A DNA stretch of 64,000 nucleotides from assembly GCA_051294905.1 (NCBI GenBank), contig CM119379.1, positions 25,172,001 to 25,236,000 of the forward strand, written 5' to 3'. Source of the stretch: Botryllus schlosseri. Its lineage: Eukaryota. The notes beneath the pieces are model-generated. The model did not search any database and was not told where the DNA came from. It was given only the letters and a program-made list of their open reading frames with translations. The position numbers and the translations under genes are program-made. Positions 48,746 through 61,090 of this stretch are shown one piece after another (within the stretch, counting starts at the first letter, position 1; each line of letters opens with the position of its first letter).

Positions 48746-51700
48746 CTGAGAACACAGAATAACCCAAAATTGAGATATCTTGTAAGGCCAAGGGTTAACT
48801 GATTAATCAACAAAAACAGCTAGTATTTGCATCAATATGAAGTTTGAGTTTTAAATTCACAGAAAGACTGGACTATCATGCTTAATTCCTTACCCAGTAT
48901 GAAAACGACATGTTGCGGTGTGCCAGATACTGCTTTCAGGCCATGAACAAATATCATCAAGTGGATGTCTTGAATCACAACTGAAAATATACAGTGTAAC
49001 AAACGGATTAAAATTCCATTAGCATTGAGAAAGATGGATCCATTGGTTTAATGCCTTTCTGAGACATCCTAAAGTTTTGTCTCCTCCCATTGCGTCAAAC
49101 ATTAGGCGGAAAAAGGTAATGGGAAGTTTGCAATTACCGGCATATCCCTACATGTCAGATTGCAGGTTCAACTGTTTAATGAAAACAAGTCCAATTCTGT
49201 AGACAGTAATCTGGTCTCGAGTTGCATGTAGTCGGGTTTGTTTCTTCGTCATTGTATCATGGGGGACAATAAAATCACTTTCACATATGGAGAGATTGTC
49301 ACTTGCCCGAAAACAAAGTAGGCTACTTAGACCTTTTCCTAAAATTCCTTTGATATGCGCATGATTTCTTTATTAGACTGCTTTCACATCAATAGGTTTT
49401 ACTGCTGAAAGAACAGTCTTAATTTGTCCAGATTCTATGCAATACGATGGCCAGGGCGGATTAATTTAGATCTTGTGCTCGTGCGCAATACAGCCATCTG
49501 TACTAATTTGAAATGGGAAAGTATCTGGAACATTCCGTCATTTTTTAAAGAAGTTCGCTGTTACTAACCAACAGCAATCCTTTAAATACTAGTCGCCTAT
49601 TTCAAAAACAAACGAGAGCTTCCGGTTTTCACAATTCTTATTCGTTATGACGGGCTGACTTAAACTTAGTCATGGGAACAACTTATCGTACTCAATGGAT
49701 CGGCTACTCCTGCCTATGACAAGTTTGTCGTATTTCTTTCATGTCGACGGGAACTATGTCACTATGTTTAGGTTTGAAATTTGTCTGTTGCTCCATGCTA
49801 AATTCTGTATTGCAATCTGATATTTGGAGTCAGGATATTAACTCAAATAACAACGTTTCGACACAGAAATGCCTAAAGAGAGATAGTTACAGACGGCAAG
49901 AAAACATATGATGAAGCAACAGTGGATAATTTGACATTACAACCAAATTGGATAAACATTCATACTTTGGTTCCTGAAGCATATTCTGCATGTGCATATT
50001 GCCATATGAAGCCTCACTTTACATAGTTTTAGCCTCGACTTTTCTTCTATGCCGTGGATGAAGGTTAATTCACAGATAAGAGTTATGTCGTATTTCTCAT
50101 CGCACTTAGCACACTAGTATTAATGTATTATGTAGGCTACTATGCCAATATTTAATAACTGGTCTCGACTCCAATAAGTTTCAATACACCGCCGTCAACA
50201 CATAAGTGGAAATGGAAGCTAGAGAAATACAAGTGCATAGGCCTATCCGAAATCAATAGATCTACACTTTCTAATAAATACCTAATGCATGGTTGGAAAT
50301 TCGATATCGTTGTTATCAGTCCATCCTGCGGTTCAAGCATATTGGAGTATAGAAGGTTCAAAGGAATTTGAACTACAAATTCAGAAATTGTGCCACTGAG
50401 AATCTGGTGTTGCATAAACAATTGACAAATTACGCTGTATTTAGCATCCAACATGCATTGCACAATGAGCAGCACTTGTGAGTAATGAATAAGAATAACC
50501 CGCACAGTGATAATTCTGGAGTGCATGTGTATCAAAAAAAGCGATAATGTCGGTATGTCGCATTACCACATCTACAGGAAATGCAAGGCTTACCTGGTAG
50601 AACAGGTTTGGTGAACCGAACTCGGGAAAGCAAGTCATACCAAATGATTAGTGTTGTGCATTATTGTTGCGTACATGTGACCATTACTATAAATGAGTAC
50701 AAAATATGTGTAGCAATTTTATCAAATTAAACGTCTTGTCACACTGCATTATATAAATCTAGATATCATTGTGCCTACACAACTACACCAACCTGTAACA
50801 TTGAGCAAATTGTCCATTCCAATAAAATCCATTCCGAGCAAGTAATCGTGCTGGTACCCTTACGTTGTCGACATTTCGAAAGCTCTCTTCGCGTGAAACC
50901 AGATCTTAATTAAGTATTTTATATTATAAAACGATGAACATCAACTACATCATTTTTGAGCTCTAGACAAAATAAACGTTACAAAACAGATCCTTCTAAG
51001 TTCTAACAATCATGTATTCATGCTACATATGATATGAGTTGAGAAGTATTTCTTCAAGATGTCTCATACCAGGGGTCTCCAATCTTTTTGCAACCAAGAG
51101 CTACTTCTTAGGTACTGATTGAAGTGATGAACTAACATTTGCTCCAGCCGTTTACCCGTAGCAGACTGAATTTCCAACAACTGCAATTTCCTCAATATAT
51201 CACGATTATGAATGTTATAATTGCGCCGTACCATAAATAAACCGATGCTAGATTTTGATTGATAGCGATCACCGACCAGAAAAGGTCTCTGAATTAAGAT
51301 TATAACTGGTGAAGTCATTAACTGTTAGCTGATGCAATAATGGCATGTCGGTCAAGGATCTAAGTAGACATGGCCATGCAAAGTGTTCAATGCCACAGGA
51401 TCAAACTCTGTACAAAGACTCTCACCGTCCCTAATTACTGTTGTTGTTGGATATATAACTCGACGTTTTTTACGCCACATTCACTCCTGCTAAGTTAATA
51501 GAAAGAATTGGACACCAAAATCGCAAAAATATCTATGCTACGAGCTACAGTAAACTCAATTTGTTTTTTCGCGCTACACCGCTTTTTATCTAGCTAGAAA
51601 AGCTACATCTGGACACCTGTTAAGTATAAGCTATGTTACATATATCAATATTCGCAGTCTAGCGGTCAAAGATGATGGTTTTGTGACCGCAATGTTGTGA

Positions 51701-52851
51701 AGTCACAAAAATTGCCGATAATTTTTCAGCTTCAATGGCTGATAGCGATAATTCGTTCAAAGTGTAATATCGTCCCGATATTATCGGCGAACCGATAATA
51801 GGTCGGGTTTCAGTATGTGCCCTCTACAGACATCTGGTTAGAATACCAGGATTCCTGACACGCATTTGCGATGAATAAGCATGATATCTCAAGAGTTACT
51901 CTCCATCTGGGGACTTGGAAGTACGCTCCATCTCGCATTGCGTAGAGATGGAGGTTTATGCTATTTGATTAGTGGTAATCTACTATTTTATCTGAAAGAG
52001 TGGCATGCTCTACACAGCACATAGATAAACTTAAAATCATCACTCCATCCTCGGTTTTCTAAAATTTTCATTTGAAATTATGGCTCGGTGGATTGTACCA
52101 TATCATCTCAAAATTTGTAGCTGAGAGTTGGCTTTGTTGAGGATGTTGGATTGAAGAAGTCTGACATATGCTTTAAGAATCGATAATATTATGGTGGCAA
52201 CCAAAGAACCAATGTATTTTCATTTATGAAAAACCTTGCTTGTCATTGCAATTTGCAGTTTCACAACGACATTCCGCCGCCCAGTATCATCAGATACTGA
52301 GTCACATATGATATGGCATTTTCAAATTTTCATGATATTCCTCGAATCGGTTTTCTAGACCGCTGAAAATATGTTGAGTTGACTACTTTCGCCTTTTCGA
52401 ACAGCTAGTTAGATTTGTGTCGGACAAATTGAAATTATACGACATATACAGTCTACATCTAAAATCGAAATTAATATTTATTAATTATTTAATTTTGTCT
52501 GTAATCAAGAAAACGATCGGATTAATTCAATCTGGACAATCACAATTTACCAAAATACTATTTTAAATCTTCGTAATTGGAATTGTGTCAGTTAAATTCA
52601 AATAAGTCGATATATATATTATATAGTCTGTATCTACAAAAAAAGCATATCCTTTCATACAGTGAAAACTGGAAAATTTTTGTGCGGGAGGTTTTTGTTT
52701 AACCAGTCTTTACTGTTGTTAATTTTGAAAACAGGACACAAAAGTTCATTGTTTGTGACTACAGGACAAAAAAAACTTTCAATTTTATTTTCTAGTCATA
52801 ACCCTAATGCACATACACCACTGTACTTTTCCGTGCAAACAGGCACCAAAT

Positions 52852-52935
52852 GGTGGCGGGATAGCGCAGTGATATAATCCACGGCTGCAACACCAATGGG
52901 TTGCGGATTCGAGTCCGACCGAGGTTGACTCCAGA
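52852..52935 (+). mobile_element. Degenerate tRNA-derived SINE head
   Basis: A-box-like TAGCGCAGTGA and B-box-like GGATTCGAGTCC followed by GAGGTTGACTC; no convincing cloverleaf. Confidence 0.5.
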
Positions 52936-53214
52936 ATTCCTACCCAATTGCTGGAGGTCCTCCTTGCTATCTCATCTGTATAAGCGGTGTCTTATAAAAG
53001 CCTAGAAATAGGCTGTGATACAAGTTGGCAGCTACGGAATAAAAATGAAGTAAATTGGCCGGGGGTAAATGGTTATAGTAGTCGACAAACACCATGAATA
53101 CCTCAAAAACAAACATTGAATGGTCAAAGCCTTGGAAGGAATATGTCGAAATACAGTACAATCAGTAGTACATCGCACCACCATGAATACCACAAACCCA
53201 CAAACAAACAAAGG

Positions 53215-53310
53215 CACAAAAAGTTTGGTGCAGCCTGGTGCGCTTTCAGGTGGAGGTCATTTTGCAGTGTTTCAATTTCAATCTCCAATTTCAATAGATT
53301 TCATTATTCC
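53215..53310 (-). pseudogene. Buster/Charlie-type hAT transposase remnant
   Basis: Minus translation NLLKLEIEIETLQNDLHLKAHQAAPNF resembles the LExEIxxLQND..LK....FW segment of GTF2IRD2/EPM2AIP1-like transposases; flanks are degenerate. Confidence 0.45.
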
Positions 53311-55171
53311 GGACAGCAACAACGATTACAGAAAGTTAGAAACATCGTATTAAACTGCGTTGAGGGTAGAAAATCAAAGCTGTGTCAAAAGTGTTTATTG
53401 TTTATAATATATATGTACTGTACTGTCATTTTCATGTTACATGTTAGTGTGATTTAAACAAGAATAGCTAAATCAAACAGTCTGTGTATATGAAGGCCCA
53501 ATGATAAGTGCTGAAATTGGAGCTATTTTTAGAACAGGCTCGCGGGCTACTCATCGCAGGCACCACGTTGGTGATGGTGACTCCTGTCTTAGACTATATG
53601 GAATGTCTATTAAGGCACATTTTGATACTAATTCTGACCACCTGACTATTTGGACTTGGAAAGACTAGAATACACATTGCTGATCTGTTTGGAGCAAACT
53701 TGTCAATTAAGTGTTCTCTGCTTTAATAATCCTCATGCCTACATTGTTTCCAAAACGAAATAGGTTTGATTGGCTGAAAAGATGGGTGTCAGCATCCTGA
53801 AGGCAGATACAAGGCGATAGGAGTGAACGGAGCAAAGGACGAAAGTGCTTCAATTTTTCAAAATATTTGACACCAGTCATTTCTTTGGTTCAATCATATT
53901 GACTACGCCAACTTCTATATCAAAGTCACTTTTTTAATTGAGTTTAAATATTCATAATAGGAATAGACGAGACCTATCCCATAATTGCAGTTTATATGTA
54001 GCTGAGTCTCCGCAATGACAACCATCCAAAAGCTAACATACACTGAATTAACAGTAATACCAAATATATATATAACTGATTCAGTATAGTTGACTCAAAA
54101 TGAAGAGTTCGTGTTTGCGTTCAGTAGAATGTGTGTAGCTAAGCGTGGTTCCGGAACCACTCGCGCGGAACGTTACGCGCGATACTAGAGTGCACGCCCT
54201 ATACTCATAGTCCGCTCATTACATCATGCGCCAGAAATAGCCAGACTGTTTTCCTCACCGGCTGCTTAAATGAGAGTAGTTGTAGATGTTTACAGATGTT
54301 GAGCTTATTCGGCAATAGTCGGTCAGCAAGGTTATGAAATATTTTTCAAGTCTAGACGAAATATTTACCTGTGCTACGTTGCAGCAAAGTTTTTGAAACA
54401 TTAAATAATCAACATTATGTTAATTGAATGAAAATGCAGTCAGTGCCATAGTCAATAACAGGAGATATCGCCTTCAAACAATTTTAACTGCTTGCTTGAT
54501 CTTAGACATGCATCAGAGACACTTCGTTAAAATATACCAGGCAGAACAGTGTACCCCTACGCCATGGCCTAATAACAGAATCTTGCCAAATTTATAAACA
54601 ATTATACAGGCCTACTGCTAACACTATGAACAATTATGCCTATACTTATATAGTGTAACTTGTATTAAGATATCCATGGTGACAAAATATCCGTTTCAGC
54701 ATATTTTATCATTAGGATTTGAAATGACAGCCAACATGTCTAGAGATCGCTAGCTACATTAAATCTCTAATAATATCACCTGCCTAGTCCCCATAGGAAA
54801 TCATTAAGTAACATTGATCACAGAATGAATGACCACATTTCCAGTTATAAAATCACTACAACAATGATCGAATGACCAAGAATGTATGTATTAACGAGTG
54901 CTGCCGTGATCCATGATGATGCGGATCTGTAGAACTATGAAAATTACACAATAACTGAAGTTTTCTGCATGCTTGGTACTAATAAATCGATATTGACGTA
55001 AATCTTAGTACAGTTGAGCTAACAATGAAATCAGCTTTAACATCAGACTGGTAAAATTGACTATCTTGTGCAATAAGCTGAAATGTTCGTACAGCCTTGT
55101 CACAATATACTGTGCCTAAAGAACCTTCTATCATCATGTAATCCATTACCGTATAACAAGAGAGACATTAA

Positions 55172-55951
55172 TCACTTAATCAGGCCATTGCTTAATTTTC
55201 CAATCTTGGGTAGGCTATACATCATAAGTTGAAACAATCGAAATAATAATGGGTTCATACTTGCATAAGTTCCTGGTCCTGGTGCTCCTAGATTTACCGA
55301 CGGCTCTTCCAAAAACAAGCATTGCTCAGTTGTTTCCCAACCAGAATTGTGAGACGAGCTATTGCATCCTTCTGGCAAACCAGACTTTTCCTGTTTTGTA
55401 TGATCGTTTCGGGATCTCAATTGTTTATTTCCTGGTGTTTTTCTTGAAAACTCTTTCAATTCCTCCAGAGGGTCGTCGATTAAATCGTGTTCGGAGAAGC
55501 ATTCCACAACATGCAGCAATTTCAATTTTCTTTTGTACACATTTTTCCATGACTCTCTCAAATTGAACCAATCCTTATCGATCTTATAGTGAGGCTTATA
55601 CAAAAATCCTCGAAAACTTACTGTGACTCCGTTGATCTCTATGACTCCGTTGATCTCTATATAAAGTATGAAAACATACTCCGTTCTCTCACTTTCAAAG
55701 GATTCATCTTTTTCTCTGTTGCCAAATGTGTAGCTCAACATTATATCCGCAAAAAAGCCGTTAAGGAGTATTGACTTCAAAGCACCTTCATTGCTTCGAG
55801 TCTCGGCATCAGGTTTTTTATTTGCATATTGTGACTCCTTGTTAGATGAAGGATTCTCTGTGAATGCCCTTTCATTTCGAGATCGACCACATGTTTGAAT
55901 AGTTTGATCACTTTCTGGATTTGCAATAACAGTGTCTTCATTTACATCCAT
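55172..55951 (-). CDS. Uncharacterised 259-aa ORF (orphan gene or large exon)
   Basis: 780-nt ATG-to-stop frame in AT-rich DNA; in-frame 18-bp tandem duplication (55624-55659); no domain recognised. Confidence 0.5.
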   Translation of the reverse strand: MDVNEDTVIANPESDQTIQTCGRSRNERAFTENPSSNKESQYANKKPDAETRSNEGALKSILLNGFFADIMLSYTFGNREKDESFESERTEYVFILYIEINGVIEINGVTVSFRGFLYKPHYKIDKDWFNLRESWKNVYKRKLKLLHVVECFSEHDLIDDPLEELKEFSRKTPGNKQLRSRNDHTKQEKSGLPEGCNSSSHNSGWETTEQCLFLEEPSVNLGAPGPGTYASMNPLLFRLFQLMMYSLPKIGKLSNGLIK

Positions 55952-56687
55952 TTAGAATCTGCTTTCAGTGCTAACTGTCATTTGGCAGCAAGTGGAATTC
56001 TTAAAACATAATGCAATAATGTCGTTACAAACTATAGTGGTAGATAAACGGTCGCATTCAGCTGGTTCACATTGGTTCCATAGCACTGTCTCACAAAATT
56101 CATGAGATCAGCGAACCGGCTTGCATTACTGATTATTACTGTGAATGACTTTTTAAAACAGAACCAGCTGAAAAAAATATGCGTTTCAATTGACTGGCAA
56201 AAAAATTGAATTCAATCACTGTAGATAATAACATAAGGATCTAGATGAGAAAACATTGACTGCATGGCTTGGCACTCACATTAGGCTAGCAATTTCTGGT
56301 AGCTTCGTGAACAGATATGGCAATCTTATTGCTGATCAAATCTAGCCAAAAGTTACTGTCACAATGATTCCGAAAATATAAATTATAACCTCGTAAGAGC
56401 ACTGCAACGCGCCAAAATTGTTGGAAATTGGCATTGTTCCAAACAATCAGAGCGCAAAATAAAAGCAGACTGCATGACGATGGCTAGTGTCACAAGCAAC
56501 GCAATAGTCTCAAATACAGAGTTGGGAGCTCAGCCAGGTGAAGACCAAGTACTGTCGACTCTGCTTAATTCGGACACTTTCGTTCCACTCATTTTTGGCC
56601 AAATTGAGCATAGAAACAGCTTTGTCTGAATAAAGCGAAAAATCAATTGTCCATTTTGATAATTTATTCATTGCAGAAATTCATTAA

Positions 56688-56735
56688 AACCCTCAGCTTT
56701 TCGAGCTGACACTCTTCAAGGGCAATCATCAGCAA
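56688..56735 (-). ncRNA. Hammerhead-like motif at the 3' end of the Penelope remnant
   Basis: Minus strand GCTGATGATTGCCC-TTGAAGA-G-TGTCAGCT-C-GAAA-AGCT-GA-GGGT; C3 and U16.1 are mutated; about 50 nt after the GIY-YIG stop. Confidence 0.55.
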
Positions 56736-56782
56736 ATGGAGAATTTTAAAAACATGCATCTAGCTACATTGCATACTACCGA

Positions 56783-58588
56783 TTATGACGTCATAGAAAC
56801 AAACAACATGAAGTACAGGCAAACCGCAGAACGCAGATAGTAGCCAATTCTTAGATCGACCAAAAATTCCTTCTGCTGACACAAGCGCGGTCGGTGGATT
56901 TTAATATAAGTCGACCCCAGTGAAGATAGATGGAAATGAGTGCGGCCTCTACCTAATATAGAGAATCTTTCATCGCGATACTTTTTAGCGCAAGATGCAT
57001 TCTCAGCCAAATGCTTGCCGATGGCAGAGTTCATAGCCATGGCCTGATTACGTTCACTACAAAAAATAATTTGCAATTTTGGTCTGAAATTTAAGACATT
57101 GAGAAGATTTGCTCTCATTTTCAGCAAATGTAGTCTTACTGATGAAATGAAGTCTTAAAATTGAGACTGATTCAGCTTTTTAAGACCATATTAAATTGTA
57201 AAGATTATTCGGTCTTAAAATTAAGAATGATTCAGCTTTATAAGACCATATTCAATTGTCAAGATTATTCGGTCTTAAAATTAGGACTGATCAAACTTTT
57301 TAAGACCACATTGAATTATCAGGATTATTCGGTCTTAAAACTGAGACCAATAAACACTTCTTAAAAGACACATTGTGCTTATTGGGACAGTTTTTGATGT
57401 ATCAGTTTTTCCGGTCTTGTTTTGAAGACAAATTTTGCTAATCAAGAAACATCATGGTCCGTGGTCTTATAAATCAGAATGGTAAACTGTCATGAGCCAG
57501 GACCAGGAGCACAAGACGTAATTAGCTTTCTTTGACAAATTTTGATCCATCAAAGGTCATTGCAAATACAATCTAGCGGTGGCTTGAGAGCGGAGAGCCA
57601 AAACGTATTTGGTGGAGCCATGTTTGTCCATTTCTCGCTGGTCACATGTCACACTTCAAATAAGTTAAATACAGAATGCATTTGCGCCAGAACAAGAATT
57701 CAAAGTACTGTACCTTTTCACTGACACAATGGTAGTGGCATGTCGCACCCACCACAAATACTATACTCTAATTAAATTATATATTGTTTTGAGGATTGTA
57801 TACAAAGTGATAAGTGGAATGGACGAGAATGGCCGCCAGGCCTTCATAGTCTGAACCCCGGGGATGCGGTCAGATTGGTGGCTCTCTCCCCAGACACAAG
57901 TACAGTGGCGGCGGGACAAGTGAACATGTGACATGTGAATACCCCGGCCCCAAAGCACTCGTAGTATTTTGATGTAATTTGTCTCTTGATTTTAAGCGAC
58001 AATGGTCTTATTTTCAAGCAATTTCGGTCTCAATTCTGAGACGAAAAATTCTTTAAGTGACTTTTTATAAAAAAAAGTCTTATTTTCAAGCAATTTCGGT
58101 CTTAATTTTGAGACGAAAATTTCTTGTTAAGACCGATTGGTCTTTAAGACATTTTTTCATAAAAAGTCACTTCAAGACAATAAGACCAAAATTGTCTTAT
58201 TATTTTTTGTAGTACGTTCTAGTAATCGCAGATCAGTTACAGCTGCATCTTCGCGAGAGTCCAATGTGCGCGATCTGATAACGTTCGGAACATGTTGTTT
58301 GATGCGTTCCTGCAAGCGCTGAGTTGTTCTTCCCCCGTACCGACAATCACAGTGGCACTTGTAATCATAGACTATATTGCTTTGTTGAGAAGCAGGAAGA
58401 ACATCTTTGCGCGTTGCAGGAAGCAATTTTTTGGTGGTAAACACATTAGTTTTTACGTTATCGTAACAGCGATTTAAAGAAGAAATCAATTGCTTTTCAA
58501 AACGCGAAGCGCAATGAACAGTTGTTATGTATTTGATTAATTGCAGCTGCGCTATACTGCAGTAATTGGCACTGATCACACAAAACAC
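56783..58588 (-). pseudogene. Penelope-like retroelement GIY-YIG endonuclease remnant, split by an insertion
   Basis: N-half SNIVYDYKCHCDCRYGGRTTQRLQERIKQH (58172-58588) and C-half NSAIGKHL..C..FSILGRGR..FHL..YIK..RPRLCQQKEF (56783-57127); removing 57056-58213 and one TSD copy restores the frame LLERNQAM. Confidence 0.85.
57056..58213. mobile_element. Non-autonomous TIR element with subterminal tandem repeats (CACTA-like ends, superfamily uncertain)
   Basis: 15-bp TIR ACTACAAAAAATAAT / ATTATTTTTTGTAGT; ACGTTC on both flanks; about 3.5 copies of a 60-bp repeat at 57152-57360 and related inverted units at about 58005-58130. Confidence 0.8.
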
Positions 58589-58899
58589 ACAGGAGTTATA
58601 CTTTCAAGTTACTTGTATTGTAGGCTACAGTACCGGTAAAACACTCGTAAGGGTTAAAATAGTTCAGTAATTCTTCCAAGGGCTGAAAGACTATTTTCAC
58701 CTGATAAAAGTTTTCGTATACCCTTTGCAAGCCCCTTGCCAGTAATAGTTAAATCATTGATAAGAACTATAGTTTTAGAAATTATTTTTCACTTCGGAAA
58801 TCAGTAAACCTCGGCTGGGCGTATCGCAGTATACGAATCATGTATTACAAAGCAAGTTAAGCAACACACACTAGCGAAATGATACATCTGTGAAGTAAT

Positions 58900-59265
58900 G
58901 ATCAAACTGCAGCAACGCAAGGTGCGATGCAATGAGTATGGTCGAAAAATACCAATGCTGTCCGGCTCTTTCTCCTGAGCTGCAGTCTCGTTTGGTCTGA
59001 CAATATTTTTGCGTCACAATGCAAAGTTCGAGGCTGATTTTGGGGGGTTCCAGGGTTATGAGCACAATAAAATTTATATTTTTGTAGTCAGTACAGCAGC
59101 AGCTTTTCATTGATACACGTTTTATCAAATTTAGCGCTCGGCAATCATGTCAAAAATGGCCCAAAAATTGCCTTTAGCCAAATGGAAAGTGTGACGTAGA
59201 CCAATCGCAGTGAGTTATGAGGTTTGCTTGGCTCCAGACCATTATAGGACACTATGGTGGCACTG
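58900..59265 (+). mobile_element. Family J foldback MITE, right arm
   Basis: Matches 31680-31962 (GAGGCTGATT...CCAAATGGAAAGTGTGACG...AGGACACTATGGTG). Confidence 0.7.
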
Positions 59266-59444
59266 ATTCCGAAAAATCTAATTATTCATAATGCAAGAGC
59301 ACCAGATGACAAAACCCCTCAAAATCGCCAATGAATGTGAAATTCGGCTTTATTGCGTAAAATGGCACGGCAGAGAAACAATAATAAGGCGAATCACATC
59401 AATCAACCTCACTGACTGTTGGCTAGCAATTCAATTCAATCTAA

Positions 59445-59650
59445 TATTAACAATTTCATCATTTCAGTTCACCACAAGACAGTGATACGGGGAAGAGATA
59501 AGAAGGTGTCGAAACGACTTGGAGAGTTGTAGTAGTCTTCGAAATCAGACACCCATCTGGCCTAGGCGATGTAAAAAAGAGGCATGCACCTGCAGTCTGC
59601 ACACTTAATGAAAAGTATAAGCAAAGCAATCCGACAATCGCAGCACAGAG
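59445..59650 (-). mobile_element. L2/CR1-type LINE 3' UTR fragment
   Basis: GTGTCGAAACGACT...ATCAGACACCCA...GGCCTAGGCGATGTAAA..GAGGCATGCAC matches the other copies. Confidence 0.7.
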
Positions 59651-59774
59651 AAACAATACGCAATCGACTTTGTGAACTGACGAAGTAGTATCAGTCGTAT
59701 GTCGTAGTATTAGTCGTGTAGTTGCGACGAATCACATGTATAAAGAATTGAGAAATATTGACATATTTAATTCT

Positions 59775-59830
59775 CTACTAGTTGCTGACGATTAATCCTG
59801 GCTAGTATCATTCGAAAATATCATGGTTTA
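59775..59830 (+). repeat. Degenerate hammerhead-motif repeat copy
   Basis: CTACTAGTTGCTGACGATTAATCCTGGCTAGTATCATTCGAAAATATTC; another degenerate minus copy lies at about 60175-60215. Confidence 0.45.
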
Positions 59831-60223
59831 TTTCAATTTCGATATAATCCGATTGTTTACTAAAGTTCTGTACCTCCAATATTCTCTTCAATAATTGAGG
59901 AAGTTTAATCTATATCCGAGTAGGTGATTGTGTGATTTGCCCAATTTGTCATAAATAGCAGGGTTTAACCATAGTCTCCTACATGGTGTGGGCACAAGCA
60001 AATCTCACGGTTCAGTAAAATTGGTTCACGTCATACTTTCCATTTGGCTAAAGGCAATTTGACGATAATTTTTGACCGGCTTGCCGAGCATCAAATTTGA
60101 TAAAACGGGTATCAATCGAAAGCTGCCGCTGTACTGATAGCGAAAATATGAATTGAATAGTATACTCATATTGAAATGAGCCCGAATATTTCCGGCACTC
60201 ACTCTCGCCGCGCAGCCACTCCT

Positions 60224-61090
60224 CATCATCATCATTGGTTTATTATAGGCTTACCATACGTCCTCTTTTAAGAGGATTTGTCCTCTTTTTTGGCTTTTTT
60301 GAAAGTGTCCTCGGAGGACGCCCTTTTGTCCTCTTTTTTTAGATTTTGTCCTCTTTTTTAAAAATTTAGGTGAGATTTAGAGGAAAATGCGAGTGATATG
60401 CCGCAAATTAGCGCAGAAGTGAAGCACCGGCGGGTATTTCGGAGGGAAAAGCGGTGATTTTAGCTCTGAGCGTAAAGAAGACCTTTTTTTTTAGTCAACC
60501 GATCACGAAGTGGGAGAAATTTACCGGTTTTTGAGAATTCTTCTCCAGTTTTGCATGTCTAAAATTTCTGAAAAAGTGTCCTCTTTTTACATTTCCAAAA
60601 TATGGTAAGCCTAGTTTATTAGCAATTTTATCAGTTCAATACACCACAAAAAATGCGATACAATGAAAAGAAAGGAAGATGTCGAAGCGACTAGGAGTTG
60701 TATATGGAATCAAACACCCACCTTGGCCTAGGCGATGTAAAGAGGAGGCATGCACACTGAATGAAAGTAACAAAGATAGTATAGAAAAAGGAATTAAGCG
60801 ACAAGAAATAGGGCGGCATGTCATGGGAAGCGAGATCGATAGGTCAGTCGTGGTCCGGTAATCTTGAGGATGGACTGTATTTATTTAGTAGTAATTGCTT
60901 GTATTTCGACTTGAATGTGGACATGCTCGTCGACTGCCGGATGGCCGGCGGGATACTGTTCCACACATCAGGTCCGGCATATTTGATAGAGCGATGATCT
61001 TTTCGGTCGATCATATGATATTTGGACGACGTGGACGCGCGTGTGTTGTACTTGTGCGCTTTTGATTCAGAGGTAAAGAAGTCATTGAAA
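60224..61090 (-). mobile_element. L2/CR1-type LINE 3' fragment with RT C-terminal frame
   Basis: ORF 60844-61173 reads HKYNTRAS..SIKYAGPDVWNSIPPAIRQSTSMSTFKSKYKQLLL, typical of L2/CR1 RT ends; 3' UTR and (GAT)n tail split by MITE F. Confidence 0.88.
60246..60613. mobile_element. MITE family F, copy 2, inserted at the LINE poly(A) signal
   Basis: TIR TAGGCTTACCATA / TATGGTAAGCCTA; perfect TSD GTTTATTA. Confidence 0.9.

Noticed and set aside
50152-50638. 127-aa ORF and a CAG/GTAAGC donor near 50590
   Set aside because: No domain recognised; could be a non-coding IAP 5' exon but unsupported without transcripts.
57152-57360. Regular 60-bp repeats resembling a CRISPR array
   Set aside because: Whole units are repeated without unique spacers, the context is eukaryotic, and they lie within a TIR element.
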